A DNA stretch of 64,000 bases from Hydrolagus affinis. Taxonomy: Eukaryota. The translations under genes and the position numbers were made by a program. The notes beneath the pieces were generated by a model. That model saw only the letters and a program-made list of their open reading frames with translations, was not told the DNA's origin and searched no databases. The DNA lies in assembly GCA_012026655.1 (NCBI GenBank), contig JAAILG010001612.1:1-64000 (forward strand). Reading direction: 5' to 3'. Shown here one piece after another: positions 22,886 through 36,655 of the stretch (positions are counted from its first letter, which is position 1; each line of letters opens with the position of its first letter).

Positions 22886-22914
22886 TGGATGTGCTTCATC
22901 GCAAAGATCTGCAA

Positions 22915-23055
22915 TAATATTAATAATCATTTGCAATCCTTGGTACAGCACCTCATCACATCATTGAGACTTCTCAAAGTGTTTCACGGGATTTACTATA
23001 AAGTGGTGTGACTGTGTGTTTTGTAGGTGAATGAGGCAGCCAATTTTCACAGCAT
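22915..23055 (-). mobile_element. Degenerate DeuSINE tail
   Basis: ctcaaagtgtttcacggg...ggcagccaattt. Confidence 0.7.
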
Positions 23056-23892
23056 CATTCCAGATACCTTCTGTGAAATGTGTGATTCAGGGATTGCACT
23101 GTGTTCTGCATTTACCCACTGAAGAGACCCACAGTGAACATTGAAACCAATAATTGCAGGCATTGAGTCGAGAAATGTGACCACTTGGACTATTAAACCA
23201 TTTCCAAGGCAAGATTAACTTCTCTTTCATGTCAATCTTGACACATACTTGACAGACCTTCCTAATGGAATCTAATGTTATTCCCTTCCGTTCTTTTATA
23301 CGTCCGTACCTTTCATAGATTATTCAAAGTCTCACGACCTTACTGGATGCTTTGATAGAATCACTGTTCAAAATCAGAAAAAAGTTCCCGATCAAAACCC
23401 TCGCCTAAGAGACCGCAAATGGTCCGTAATTTACTTTAACCTCCCCCACCCCCCAAAAAAAGTATTCTTTGTCACAGTACTTCATTGACCTCCAAGTAAA
23501 ACAAATTTCCTAACAGAGCCACTTAGTGCAGGCAGAGGAACCCAGAACATGTGAGGTGCACTCTGTGTTTAAGAAAATGCAGCTGGTGCATCAGAGCTTG
23601 ATGTGAAGAGTGCAAGGTTGATGTGATTGACAGGGTGGAGTTTGAGCTGTGCTGAAATGAAAGAGCGAGTGCTTTAAATTCAAAGCCAGAGCGAACTCAC
23701 TACTTAAGTATCTCCAGGGCTAAATGGAATCACACGGAGCTGTTTATCAAGGGGGCATAGCCGCTACAGTTCTGCGTTGTCCTAACCCTGTACCTCTCCA
23801 CGTGCTGCGAAGCCGGACGAGTCACCTTCTGTCACCAGCCACTGGGACATGTGCAAGACTCTTATCATTCCATCTTCCTTTCCTTCTCGTAC

Positions 23893-24112
23893 AATCATAG
23901 AATTATGCAGCACAGAAGGAAGCCATTCGGCCCATTGTGCCCGTGCCTGCTCTTTGAAAGAGCTGTCCAAATTAATCCCACTCACCCACGCTCTCACCAT
24001 AGCTTTGCAAATGAGTCCTCCCCAGATATCTATCTGCCTTTCTCTAGAAAGTTGTTATCGAATCTGCTTCCACCACCCTTTCAGGCGGCGCATTCCAGAT
24101 CCGAACAACTTG
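23893..24112 (-). mobile_element. CR1 3' end
   Basis: atcatagaattatgcagcacagaaggaagccattcggccc...caggcggcgcattccagatc. Confidence 0.88.
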
Positions 24113-24119
24113 TATTCCA

Positions 24120-24372
24120 ACTTCTTCCTAGTGTAGGCAATGCTGCCAGTCCTTAGTGACCGAGCCTTCAGTTACTACACCTCCAGTCTATGGAACCCAT
24201 TGCTTTCCCCTCACCTCTCTATCTTCAAATCCCACCTTTGAGCCTACCCTCTTCCATAATCACCTCCGCCTACTCCCCTCGCTCTGAGCTCAGTGTCCAG
24301 CCTTGCCAGCGTACAGTGGTCTGAGACATTATCTTATGTCAATGGCATCAAATGAATGCAAGTTGTTGTTGC
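24120..24372 (+). mobile_element. Old L2 3' end
   Basis: gagccttcagt...tatggaac...aatgcaagttgttgttg. Confidence 0.6.
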
Positions 24373-25410
24373 CCTTTGTTGTCTGGAAGTGCCTTTTTCC
24401 GTTATACCCGACGACAATTGAAAATCGTGGGTGGGTATTTAGTGAAAACATAAAATGCCCTTTCTCTCTCTCTCCCCCTGCAGCATGAGGTCTGTGCTAC
24501 CCGGTACCACCCTCATGTGGGTCATGCAGATTTCCAGAAGCTTTGCCTTCACTATAAAGTACAGTGATTGCTTTTATTTACAGGCAAACGCGGCAGACGA
24601 TTTGTATGCGCACAGGGATGCTCACAGACGTCAGTGAAGAACCGATAAAACGCCACAAAATAAAAGTAAATTGACCGAATGGAATCTCAAATTGTTCTAG
24701 ACCTATATAATATAACAATGATCTTTTCATTTGGCAGAGATGTCACATCGCCGAGATGTCTCAAAGCGCTTCACAGGATATTACTGTAAAGTGGATCAAC
24801 GTTGTATTTCACCAAAGCTCTGTGGACTTGGCTTGAGAGGGACAATTTGACCTGAGTTCCAACGCTGTTTATCAGTCAATAACTAATTACCCTCTCAGGT
24901 CCTGAAAATATTCCTGGCTGAGTCCCAGTTTGCGCAGCTAATGATCAAAATTATTCCCAGAACTGTTTGTGGAACGCTGCCAAATCCCTGGGATAATTGA
25001 GACTAATATTACGCCTCTTCAGAAATATTCTAAACATAAGGCATCACAACAGACATGCTTTGAAACCCTCGTACTGATTTTTTAATTGGGCAAATTTGAT
25101 CACACTAAATGGTTTCGGATTCATTTCAAATCCATCGTAAATCTAGTCTAAACAATATTCCTCGCAGGGCGCCCCAGCCTTCAGCTAACTTAACTCTGTT
25201 TCTTTAAAACAGAAATACTAATTTATTTCTGCAAAAGTATTTTTCAGGAGGTCGGGAAGGCTAAAACATCATCCGGACCTGTTAAGATTTTTCAGGCTGT
25301 TGCAGTTTTTCCACAGACCAGAATAACACAGACGAGCACACCGGGATATTTTTGAGCGGAATCGCATATTGCTTTTTATTTGCTCATTTTGTGTGTGCAA
25401 GTATTTGTAC

Positions 25411-25436
25411 GTGTGTGTGTGTGTGTGTGTGTGTGT
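25411..25436 (+). repeat. (GT)13 microsatellite
   Basis: Read directly. Confidence 0.95.
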
Positions 25437-27639
25437 GGATAGGTGTGCGTGTATGTTTCGGCTGTGCGTGTGCACGTTGAAAAAACAAAAAAGTCCTCTT
25501 AAGAAGGAAAAGGATATTGCTTTTTTTTCTCTCAACGCAACAGTTTATAAAATTTACCACATGTCAACTGCAGGTGCTGCCCTGTTGGAAACCTCCATCG
25601 CTGCCAAATTGGCTGCGCTGAACTGCACACAAAGCGAAGTTTGCAAAGCTGTCGGGCATCTCTAAACAAACACTCCCATTAAATAGGCCATGTGCTGATG
25701 GAGTACCCCTGTGTTCTGGACTGAAGGCATTCGAGTTAAAAAAAAAGGGGGAAGGAAAGTTTTTTTTTATTAAAGACTGTAATATATTTAAGATCGTTCT
25801 TCTCAACCGTGCTTTTGATCAACCCTCCCTTTCCTGTTCCTCCCCCAAAACCCCATCCCCTGCTCAGGCTCTGCGCAGAGACGCCCTCGCCATGTAAAGT
25901 GAGCTGCATAAGTGTAAAAATCGTTGCATTGTCGTTTTACAAAGCGTTTTAATTCCAACAGTTTGTGTAACTTGCAAATGTTATTGCAAGGGTTTCACCT
26001 AGAAATGTAATGCAAATGACCCTTCAATCCTCACAACTCTCAGGATCAGGTTAGGTTCGAATTAAAACATTCTAATAGAGCGGGCTATATTACACTACAT
26101 CTTTCATTGCTAACCGAATGCCAAACCTGCCCAGTGCAAGATTATGTGTGCATTGTGGCTTCCTGTCTAAGCCAATGTGCCAATACCAACACCGTACATT
26201 TGTCTCATGTCTAGTATTGCTGGAATATCTTGAATTTGTTACGCCTTTCCTGCCGTCTAGCTTTACTCAAGTGTTTCCAACCTGTGTCTCTACATCACCG
26301 AGACCACTTGCTTTAGAGGAGATCACTTGGGTCAGGAGAACGGGCTTTGCCGAGAGGGAGGGCTGGCAGACACACATTGCGATTTGTGAATGGGTCACTG
26401 GTAAGGGGAGATACTTTGCCTCCAAGTCACCCACGAAGCAACCGATTTACCGTTGCTCAGTGTTCCAAAAGGCTGGACAGGAGCAGCTGTCAAATGCGCC
26501 CTTAAGCACACAATTCTAACCTGAGAAGTAGTGTAGGGTTTGCAAGAAATACAGTACATCACTGAAGCAATCACACACAAAGACCAAAAGTGAGGTCCCC
26601 CCACCCTGCAGTGATTTTATAGTGGAACTATAGCAGTCAACCTTGCCATTGCTCACAGTTTCATCAAACCACCAACGGCAGTCACCACAATCTGCACTAA
26701 AGTGCTTTGAGACGTCCTTCCAACGCGAAAGATGCCGCATTATAGTGCAAAGATCACTCTGATCGTTATTCCTATTGTTATTGCTAATGAGCGCGGTTGA
26801 AATGGATCCTGGAATGTCGCAGGTAGCAGCGAAGTGAATCATTCCGCTTAATGGCAACATTGTTTTAAACGCAGCAACACAAAAGGCAAACTACCTATTT
26901 CCATTAGGTAAATTATGGTTTGATATGAATTCAGTGTGCCTCTCTCCTCACCTTCATCTCTCCCAATTAACGTGCACAGCTGCTCCAGACTTGCAATCAA
27001 CAGATTGTTAGACAAGCATTTTCTGTAGTCATGACAAACCTTGAATTATGGGGTCAAACCAAGCATTCCTAATAGATCCAATAGCTATAATTTATTGTCT
27101 GATTATAATAGTATACACAAACATTTTAATGATTTAAGTGACATAGTGTAAAGATGAAATCCCTTTATTTTAAAAGGGTTGCTAACCCCTGAAATATGTT
27201 GCTTTTAACAACAATATTACTAAGTTTTATTGATCAGTATTTATTGCAAATTTTGACGCCAATGATATACAGGTTGTTAATCGAAGCCGGGGTAGGGTTT
27301 TCTGCAGGCGCAGGGCTGCCACGTGACTGAAATTTATTATTGTGGAATCTCGGAGTTCAGATTTACTCCAACGCTCTTTAGATATTGGCAATGGCAGGGA
27401 CTTCAGCGCTTAGTGTCAGGCGATTGCTCTCCACAAAACTAAGACAGGCACACCAACGCGCAGAATGAGACCACAACGCTCCGATTGTTTCATTGTTAAT
27501 ATCCGCCCGAGTCACACAACGCACGATTCCACAGCTCGGCGAAGATGCATTTTAGGTTTGGATTTTTTTTAAAACAAAACACCCCATCAGTTTGTCGCAA
27601 CCACACCGCGCAGTAGAGGTTGGCTTTTCATCTCTGGCG

Positions 27640-27878
27640 GTCGTTAGTCGATTGCCGGATCACTTTCTGGGAATAATAAATCCTCCCCCAAAATGTAGAA
27701 AAAATATTATTTCGGTCAATGAACCCATGACTATTTGTGGGACACCAGTGTGCAAAATTGTCTGTCGCATTTCACCCACAATTTACACAGTCAATCCACT
27801 TTACAGTATTCTGTGAAGCGCCTTTGAGACGACTGTGCAATGCGATAAAGCGCTATTTCTAATGCAAGGGTTATTATG
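27640..27878 (+). mobile_element. SINE 3' two-thirds
   Basis: tttgtgggacacc...ctgtgaagcg...aatgcaagggttattat. Confidence 0.8.
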
Positions 27879-28164
27879 AAGAAATGAACTCGGTTTTGAA
27901 TTAACTCGGATTTTAAACAAACGCGAAACTATTGATGCCTTGAGATTTTGTCCATTTATAACAGGCTACATGATCCAGGCTACATGATGAGTGATGTGTA
28001 AAAGATGTAACTGATTTAATAAGCTGTGGTTTACACAGGCCTGAAACCGCAAGTGTATTACGGTATGAATCACTAATCGCTAAAGTTAGGGATTCCACAG
28101 CAACCAGATTTGGTTTTACACCAATGGGACTTCCATGATTTGAGTCATAATGTAGAGAAAGACT

Positions 28165-28392
28165 ATTTTGTAATTAGCCTAATCCACACAGGGAAATTAG
28201 ATCTCATTAGCATAATTCATTGATATGTTAACCTAATAGCATAACAATTAAACTAAGCAAGTTACATAAAATAGGCCTTACAGTTTGGGTGGTCTATTCT
28301 CTAATTAACCAAATTTGCATATGGAAACGAGCCCAATTAGCATAATCCTTATTACGCTATTCCTTACAGCAATTGTGCACTCTAAATTAATG
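28165..28392. promoter_or_regulatory. Putative enhancer: cluster of POU octamer and homeodomain sites
   Basis: ATTAGCATAAT at 28206 and 28336, AATAGCAT at 28235, canonical ATTTGCAT at 28313, TAATTA motifs. Confidence 0.45.
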
Positions 28393-28939
28393 TGACGTCT
28401 GTGCTTTTTATGGTCTGGCTCAGGTTACCTTACAGTATTTCCCAAAGAGCGAACTTAATTTCTGCTTTGCTTTTATCGTACGTTACTCACCGTTTGCAAA
28501 GCCTTTATTTGTTTCACACAAATTTAATCGAAATTTGACATTTCTATCCAACAATCGAAATTTGTCTGCACAAATTAAACTCGATATCTTGAGGCATTAT
28601 CTTTGATAGTTGTGGGGAAAAAAATGTGCTCTCTCTGAATGTCTACTGATGGATTGGGCAGCTTTAATGAAATCAAGGAACATTTTACACCATGCAAACT
28701 CCTGCCAACACAAGTGCTATGCCTCATCCTGTACAGATATACTCATATACTCGGTTGGAGGTGAAATTAACAGATTTTGAGCATTTAGAGAGAAATGCTG
28801 AACTGCCACTGGAGTGTCTTTCTCAATAACTAACAGCAACAATCTAATCTATTCCCTTAGTACTTGTAATTACACTGTATACTTCTGTCTGGTTTCTAGT
28901 TTTCGTACCGTATAAACGCACTGTGACACAGGAATTTGG

Positions 28940-29063
28940 GGCGTTTGTGGGACGTTCACTGTGCAAATTAGCTGCCGCATGAGGTTATTTTACAGTGAAT
29001 CTTGCGAAGCGCGTTGAGATATTGTGAAAGACACAATGTCAAACACGAGGATTTAATATATTA
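28940..29063 (+). mobile_element. Degenerate DeuSINE core and tail
   Basis: gtttgtgggacg...tgtgcaaattagctgccgc. Confidence 0.7.
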
Positions 29064-30013
29064 TTAAAGAGAAAGGATCAGCAGTTATTGTGACCCAATA
29101 TCCAATGTTCCTTCCGAAGTTGCCGAGCCTGTCAACGGTGGAGGGCAGATAAATAAAAGCTGGGCTTATTCCTTCCAATGTGAGCTTACTGAATTGGCTC
29201 GGTGTGTATTTTCACAATCAGGCTGTTTCGAGACAATTTGTAACAACCGAAAGATAAAAGCCCAGCTCTACACCATGGAAAACGATGGCCAAATTGCTGA
29301 GAAAAATCAACCGGGGGAAAGTTACGCTTAAGGATATTTCCATTATTCCAGTCATGAGGTGACGATTGCAAAATTAGCCCACCACAGATTTTATAGCAGT
29401 AAAATCACCAACGACCACCAAGGGGAAGAATTATAACCGATATGTTCTTCAGTGGATAGAATCCAAAGAAAGCCTTTTCAAGTGATTTCTTCCCAGAGAA
29501 TGTCAATTGCACTGATGAACCAGCGGATTTTTTTTTAAAAGTTCAAACTGAGCGCTTTCACCAACTATTTGGTTCTCAACCAACACATTTCAGATCTGAT
29601 TTTAAGAGCTGCTTCTCCATACATCCCTAACAGGGGCTGTTGAGAGCTGAATAGTTTCATGTGCAGAAGCAACTCACAGTTTGTTATACAGCAAGATGCA
29701 GTTCGCTTTATCTGATGAAAATTTAAATTGATTTTGCACATCACAAGGTTTAGAATATCAATTTTATCCAAACCTACTGTACTTGTAAAATTATACCTAC
29801 AGCATCTTTGCAGATAACTGATTGTGTGTAACATTTTACATTAAAATGCAACATTATAATATGGAGAGAAGCTTCAAAGCCATACAATGTTTAATTAAGA
29901 TTACTTGCAGGAAGTGCGGCTACAGAAATGTGCTGGAAAACAGTGTTAAGATACAGATTCTGAATCCAATTGGATGGGTAAATGCAGTGATGTTTGCTTA
30001 TTCATGTCACATT

Positions 30014-30433
30014 GTGTCAGCCTGGCTCAGTTGGCAGCACTCTCACCTCAGAGTCAAAAGCTTGTGCTGTTCCAGCTCCTTTCCAGGACGTTGAATTTAT
30101 ACGTGTAGTGCTGGGGGGTGGACTACACCATCTGATGTATCGACCTTTGGATGAGACGTTAACCCAAAGTCCCATCTGTGTCTGCTCAAGTGGATGTTGA
30201 AGATCCCATAACCCTATTCGAAAGGAGAAGGGAGTTTCTCCTGATGTCCTGGCCAACATTCCCCCCAGTTAAAACATCACAGACGTTTGTGGGACATCAC
30301 TGTGCGCAAATTGGCTGCTGCGTTTGCCTAGAAAATGCAGTCACTGAAACTCTATAGTAAAATGCTGTGAAGCGCTTTGAGACATTCTCCTGATGTGAAA
30401 GGTGCTGCATCCAATGCAAGCGTTATTATTATT
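30014..30433 (+). mobile_element. Full-length SacSINE1-like DeuSINE
   Basis: tRNA head tgtcagcctggctcagttggcagcac, gtcctggccaacatt, Deu core tgtgcgcaaattggctgctgcg, L2-type tail. Confidence 0.88.
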
Positions 30434-32371
30434 TTACTATAACTGGAATGCTAGCATGCCAAATCCAAATAAACTAATCAGTTTGCTAAGAAATCTTAGC
30501 AGGTTGCATAAGATAATTTTGTCGCAATATTCTCTGTCCTTAGCAATGCAAAACACAGTTAACTTGCGGGGAGGGGAGGGAGCAAGATTTTATGCTCATG
30601 CATTTTTATGCCTGGATCAAGAATTCCACGAACTAGGAATCAATGGAAAGGCATTTATGATGATGGAATTGTATGTTTGGATCAGGTATTCATTTATCAG
30701 ATGTCGACTGTGATTTAGATTAACATTTTCTTTCAAATTACAGCCAAAGTTTCAATAAAACTCTTGCAGATAGGTTGAATTTTTTTAAAAAAAAAGATAG
30801 ATAAGAATACACAAACAGTCTGTTACTATCAATCTAACTGAGACACAGCAGAAATATGCATTGGCCACAATTGGAACGAATTGCAGTAAATACTTTAGTG
30901 CTGATATCAGTATTTCCATTACTTGTCTGCTACTCAAGGCACACCCAACCCGTTGTAAATTAAAGAGATATTTTCTCATTAATAAGAGTATTTTTTTTTA
31001 CACACTGCAGACACAAATTGAGTGAAGCTAAACACCCTGCTGAAAGCAGGCATTTTCGAGCTCCGCGTTACCATATCCTGTTGCCTTTTTAGATCAACGT
31101 TTGCTTGACTGCAGTGTAATTCAGCATTTTGTTATGTTATTAAAATTAAACAGTTTCTGCCGTCTCGAGTTACAGTGAATGTGCAGCGCTCCCATCACAT
31201 AATGAAATGGAACTTGAAGAAAAAAACAAGTGAGGTTTCAATTTTTATGAGTATCTGAATCCAGGCTTGAAACAAATCCCAGCTATTAAAGTGTTCTTAC
31301 CAATAATGGAAACAAGAAAGTCACCCCTGCTGGAATTTAATTTGGCTCTGGCTTTTCATTTACATTTTTAAAGTAATACGAAGGGAAAAGGGAGATAAAA
31401 AAAAACACATCATGAGAAAATGACTTCATCTGTGCCGGTTTCTGTGGACTGAGCAAAACAATTTTGTTTCCTGCGCAAGGAATTATTTACCTTTTTTTAA
31501 AAAAGAAGAAATCAGTTGGTGTATTTCAGTGTTGTTTGTATGGTTAGAGCGTGGCAACAGTAATCTCCAGATGTTACGCTGTTGAACCACACCTAATTAC
31601 AACCCACAAGGGCCCTGTTTTCTGAAGCCCTGTGTAACAACACATGCATAGTTTGACAATTAAGACACCATGTCATCATGTTGCTGCATGCGACTGAGAA
31701 GGATATGTTTTCAATCATTCGAAAAATCTGTCCCGCTAACTCCCGGGGACGAACCATACACTGTGAATGTTGGAAAGTAAGGAGTCACTGTACAAAGCCA
31801 AACAACACATTTGCCTCAAAAGCTTTGAGAGCGCCACGACTGTGTTTTTGTTCAGCTGCAGGTTAATAAAATTTGAAACAAAATAAATACACATGGTCCC
31901 TTGCGTGAACTTCGATAATGATTTTGTCTGTAATTTCTCTTTAAAAGATCCACGGATATTATTGTGTTCATTCACTTATTGATGTCCCTGCTTCTATCTC
32001 AACTCAAGTACGCACAGACCACTCAATGGCTGATTTTGAAATCTATGAAACTGACCTGAAAATCGACAAGTAGATCATTGGCAAATGAATATTGTTCTGT
32101 TAAAGGTTCTTACCAACAGCTAGAGAAATTAAATTGACTGGCAATTTCACGCAGACCCTTAAAAGAAGGTAGTTTCAAAACTCAGGACAGTTAGAAAAGG
32201 ATATTTCATTGGCTGAGTTTGTGAGGCTGTTTAAACACTAACCAGAATGGGGTTTAAAGGCTAAATAAATATTGTCTTTTTCTGGATGCTACAGCTAAAT
32301 TTGTGGCAAAGAAAAATAAGACAGATTACTTACTTGGTTGGGATGCCAATCAGCATGAACTAGATTAGGTT

Positions 32372-33085
32372 ACCTGGGTCATCCTGGCTAGCCCTCTTTC
32401 CTTAGCGTCAGAAGGTCAAGAGTTCGAAGCCCACCTCAGGACTTTGACCTCACAGTCCAGACTGACACTAGGGGGAGCACAGCGTTGTTGGTAAGTGCCA
32501 TTCTTCAGATGAGATGTTAAATCGAGGCCCCAGCTGCCTGTTCGGAGGAAGATCCATTAAAGATTCCATGCACTCTATTTGGAAAGGAAGAGGAGGGAGC
32601 TTCACCTGGCCCCAATCCCCTAAAATAAATGATAATAATAATAATAATCTTTGCATTTGATATAGCGCTTTTCATGTCTTCTGGACGTCTCAAAGCGCTT
32701 CGCAGAGTATACTATAAAGTGAATTGACTGTATATTTGTGGGTGAAACGCGCACAGCGGTGTCCCACAAACTGTCATGGATTGGAATGACCAATTTTATT
32801 ATTGTGTGTTTTTTGGAGAGATTATTATTAGGCATGTGGAGAAGGAAACTTGCCCAAGGTTTCGCCCTGACCTGCCTGGATTCGAACACATCTCACCCTT
32901 GTAAGGCAAAGTGCTCTAACCACTGAGCTACAGGACTCCACATGATGTCACCAAGGGGGATAGATAAATAAAAAGTATTCACTTAATGGCTAATTATGGA
33001 TCACTGTTGTGTTCAAATTCTCTGCCACGTTCTCATACTTTGCAGAGAATCCGTGAGGTGCTTTGAGGCGTCCTCCCAACGTGAT
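32372..33085 (+). mobile_element. Old SacSINE1-like element split by a younger SINE
   Basis: 5' part 32372-32615 and 3' part 32944-33085 are collinear with the 30014 copy. Confidence 0.75.
32631..32942 (-). mobile_element. Full-length SINE (short variant)
   Basis: GTGGAGTCCTGTAGCTCAGTGG...GTTCGAATCC, core, tail. Confidence 0.93.
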
Positions 33086-33355
33086 TTCCTCACTCGACAC
33101 GCTTGGGTTCAGTTGTAAATGGGAAACCGGTTGTTGGGCGATTGGCGGATTGCTTTGGGGGTAATAACCCCTTCAAGAAAATTTGGAACAATCAATCCTC
33201 GGCTGATTGTGGGACGCTGCTGCCTGCATTTGCATTTGGCTGCTAAGTTTCTCCCACAAAATACACAGTCGATCTACTTTACAATATATTCTGTGAAGCG
33301 CTTTGAGACATCTCAACAACGTCATAATCTGCTACATCAAGTGGAAGAATTATAA
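33086..33355 (+). mobile_element. SINE (long variant), 5'-truncated
   Basis: tttcctcactc...gttgttgggcgattggcggattg...tail. Confidence 0.8.
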
Positions 33356-34705
33356 TCAAATTCAAGGATTGTTATTTTCTATATTGTCTTGTTTGGCGAT
33401 AGGACAAATATTTGACTGTAAATAAAAAAAACAGGAGAAGCAGAGGAACTGTGCAATGTCAATTTCACAGAAATACATTTCTCCGGTTCTGCTCTTCGCA
33501 TGGACAAATGCCATTAACAATTGAGTAGCACAATAGTGTGAAAGACACCGAGATTCTGTGCCGTCAACTTTCAGGGGTGTACTGTTAAGAAATAACATAT
33601 TTATTGAGGGGGATGGATTTTAAATTTGTCCCAATTAACCTTGTAACGAGATGTATTGGAGCGCTATTTAATGACAGTAATGAGATGCAGAGGAGAGGTA
33701 GATAGATTGACAATGTATAAAAACATCATTGGCATATAAATTAAATTTATGTGCAGTGGATGTGAAGCAGATACCTTGAATAATGGGACTGGAATGGCTA
33801 AAGGTTGCAAGAGCTTAATAACAAGGACAAATAAAGGGAGGAAAAGAGGGCATTCCTCTATTGTGCTACCAGTGTAGAAAGTGACAATAAATTATAACAT
33901 TTCTGACCAGTCTCCATGATATGCCACATTCTCAAATATGTAGCTAATGGACTTGCAGATAACCGAGTCCTGGAATTGTCGCACCAAGCACACAGCTTGA
34001 GGAATAAAATATATCATTTGCCTGCAACACTCCATTTTAATGTTTGTTTTCACGTGAAGCCAGGTCAAAAAAACATTCTGTTTAATTTCTCAACCAGTAA
34101 TCAGCAGATCGGAGACATTGGGGGTTGAGTCAGCTGAAACAAGTGGACGTGAATGCTATTAGCATGACAGATAACACACCAGGGCTGCGTTTTACGCTTT
34201 GCAAAAAAGCTCTCATTCTAAGCACTGTGAGATTCACTGACCCTGGTATCAGTGCTGGGAATTCATGCTGTTAGTCACCAAAATGGACATGCAGATTTCT
34301 GAAAGTCTATTCATGTGACGAGGTGCCTTTATGTTTGATATCTGATCAATTGGCAGCTGCAGTCAGAACCCAAATCTAATTCTCCGTTTGATGTTTTGAA
34401 TGTGAAACAGGAGAATGTAAGGCCATTTGATCTATTAAGTCCAATTGCACCACTGAATAAACCCTTCGATTTTATCACAGACTTTGTCCATTTAAATTCT
34501 GGCAGAAAGATTCTGTGCAGCGTCACACACGTAAACGTCCTCCCAAATCGCCGGGCAATATTTTTTCAGAAGTTGAGCATTGAAATGTCATCTATAGGCT
34601 ACCATTTCTTCCCATTGTTGTGTGACCTACACCGAGCTTGAGCCGGCTGTCGAAGGCATGGGTCATATGCTTGCGTTCATAATGTACTGAACACTTGGGA
34701 AGGAA

Positions 34706-34980
34706 ATAATAATACTAATAATAATATTAATCATCTTTGCATTTGATATTGTACCTTAACACGGCTATGAGATGTCTCAAAGCGCGTCACAGAATATAAT
34801 GTAAAGTCAATTGATTGTGCTGCCTATTTTTTGTGGGCAAAACGCGGCAGCCGTTTGCGCACAGCAATGTCCCACAAATAGTCATGAATTTATTTTGAAG
34901 GAAGTATCTCTGGAAAAGAGATCTTCCAATTGACGAACAAGTGAGTTCCACTTAATGCTAGGTAAACGTGTCTCTTCTAC
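34706..34980 (-). mobile_element. SINE (long variant), 5'-truncated
   Basis: tttgcatttgatat...gcgcacagcaatgtcccacaaa. Confidence 0.85.
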
Positions 34981-36638
34981 ACACCAGCAGTTGAAGCCAA
35001 CTCTGATATTACTGAGGCGTAAGACACACATTTTTTGTTACTACTGCTGTGAAATTCAGATCAATACAGAAATAATTTCAACATCTCTGTTTGCCCTTTT
35101 GCTCTTGACTTATGCCAGTCCTCTACCAGCCCTGACTGACAGCTAACTCCAACGTGACAGCAGAGGGTTGAAACCATCCTCACCGCATATGTAAAAGAGG
35201 AACAATTAACATAAGCGAATAGATAAATACCTAATAAGCTGACGCATTCTAGTTTTGTTAGCATAAAATTTAATGTGTCGTAATTTCATAGCCTGTTTAA
35301 GTTTATTTGTAATTAAGTTAAACCAGGCATGTAAAAGTGTAAACTGGATAATTTATTCAACTGTTTTCTCTTTTGGCAGAACAAATCTCCCCTTCATGCC
35401 TCCTTGGCTGAAATATATTAGACATTAGAAGAGTTTTGTGGTATTCCAGTCCAACAGGGTGATGGGACAGCAATTGCAATGTGCTCTGCGTGTACTTTCT
35501 GTGCATGAGTGACTATAAATATTTGTTCTGTGCTTACAGAGTGAAGCTCTATAATAGAGACAGCATATTAGTTTTGCTAGTTGGATCCCATTTGCATATG
35601 GAAATTATAATGATACAAATGAAGCCTGTGCTTGCATACAACACCTTGGTTCTCACCATGGAGAGCCTTGGTTTGGCATCAGATATGAAAAGCCATGCAA
35701 AATTCACACACTTTTTTTTGAAAAAAGTGTCACATTCTGGGGCCATACGTTTCGCTAACATTTGATGAGCCCAAATTGACTGCTACATTTGCCTACACAA
35801 TTCACGGTCAAGAAACTGTACAGTATATCCTGTGACGTGCAATTAGACATGAAAGACATTGTGACAAATACCAGAATTATTTATTATTGATCCACTGCCC
35901 AGGAAGCCCAAGTTAGAGAAGAGCAACATTTGAAAACTAAATTTAAGAATCACACCGTGTTCAAAGACAACACAGACAATCCCATGAATATCTCACAAAG
36001 ACCTTCAGGCAAACCAGAGTAAACCACATACTGTATAGCAAAAGTAGCCTGTGTTGCTTTGACAACATCACAATGCACGTTGCATTAATGCTGTATGGAA
36101 TATATTAATATTCATGTCCAAATTGTCATCTATCTTGACGTATGCTATTATCTGAATCTGATTAAAGTTCCGCATGCAAAATCCTTATTGTTTTCATTAA
36201 TTAGAGAAAGATGACTGACTTCTGAACAGTAAATGGTATTATAAAAATAAGGTAACCTTTAGACCATGACAGAATGCAGAGACTGCATATGTGGGTCATG
36301 CATTATTTTAGTTTTATTTAAAAACACAAATTATCTATATGAAAATGTAATCTTGTGGTATGAAACGAATTGGACATTTACAACACAATATATTTAACTC
36401 CTATCGAATAAATTGCTATATTTCCAAACCAGCAGAGAAAAGCTCTCTCACGCATTAGACAGTATTTGCATGTTTAGAATTATTATTATTATGATTAGTA
36501 TTTTTTGGAAAATATACAGTTATTTGGAAAATATAATACATTTAGTAAATCACAATAAACAACATCTGCCATTACAAAAAAGCACTTTTTTAAAAAAAGA
36601 AAATATATATTTATTTGTTGATCTATATTCACGCTTAC

Positions 36639-36655
36639 CTTAGACAGTATCAAAC
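36639..36655 (-). other. Candidate 17-nt micro-exon (GTTTGATACTGTCTAAG)
   Basis: On -: branch point CTAAC, tract tttcaccttttgaattttaacAG, donor AAG|GTAAGC. Confidence 0.4.

Noticed and set aside
24560-24640. Plus-strand acceptor ttttatttacAG followed by an exon
   Set aside because: The sequence is the reverse complement of a decayed Deu core, with a stop codon and no donor
28491-28565. 75-nt minus-strand exon with ACG|GTGAGT donor
   Set aside because: Weak acceptor, internal duplication (aatcgaaatttg twice), and its only open phase is incompatible with the 36639 candidate
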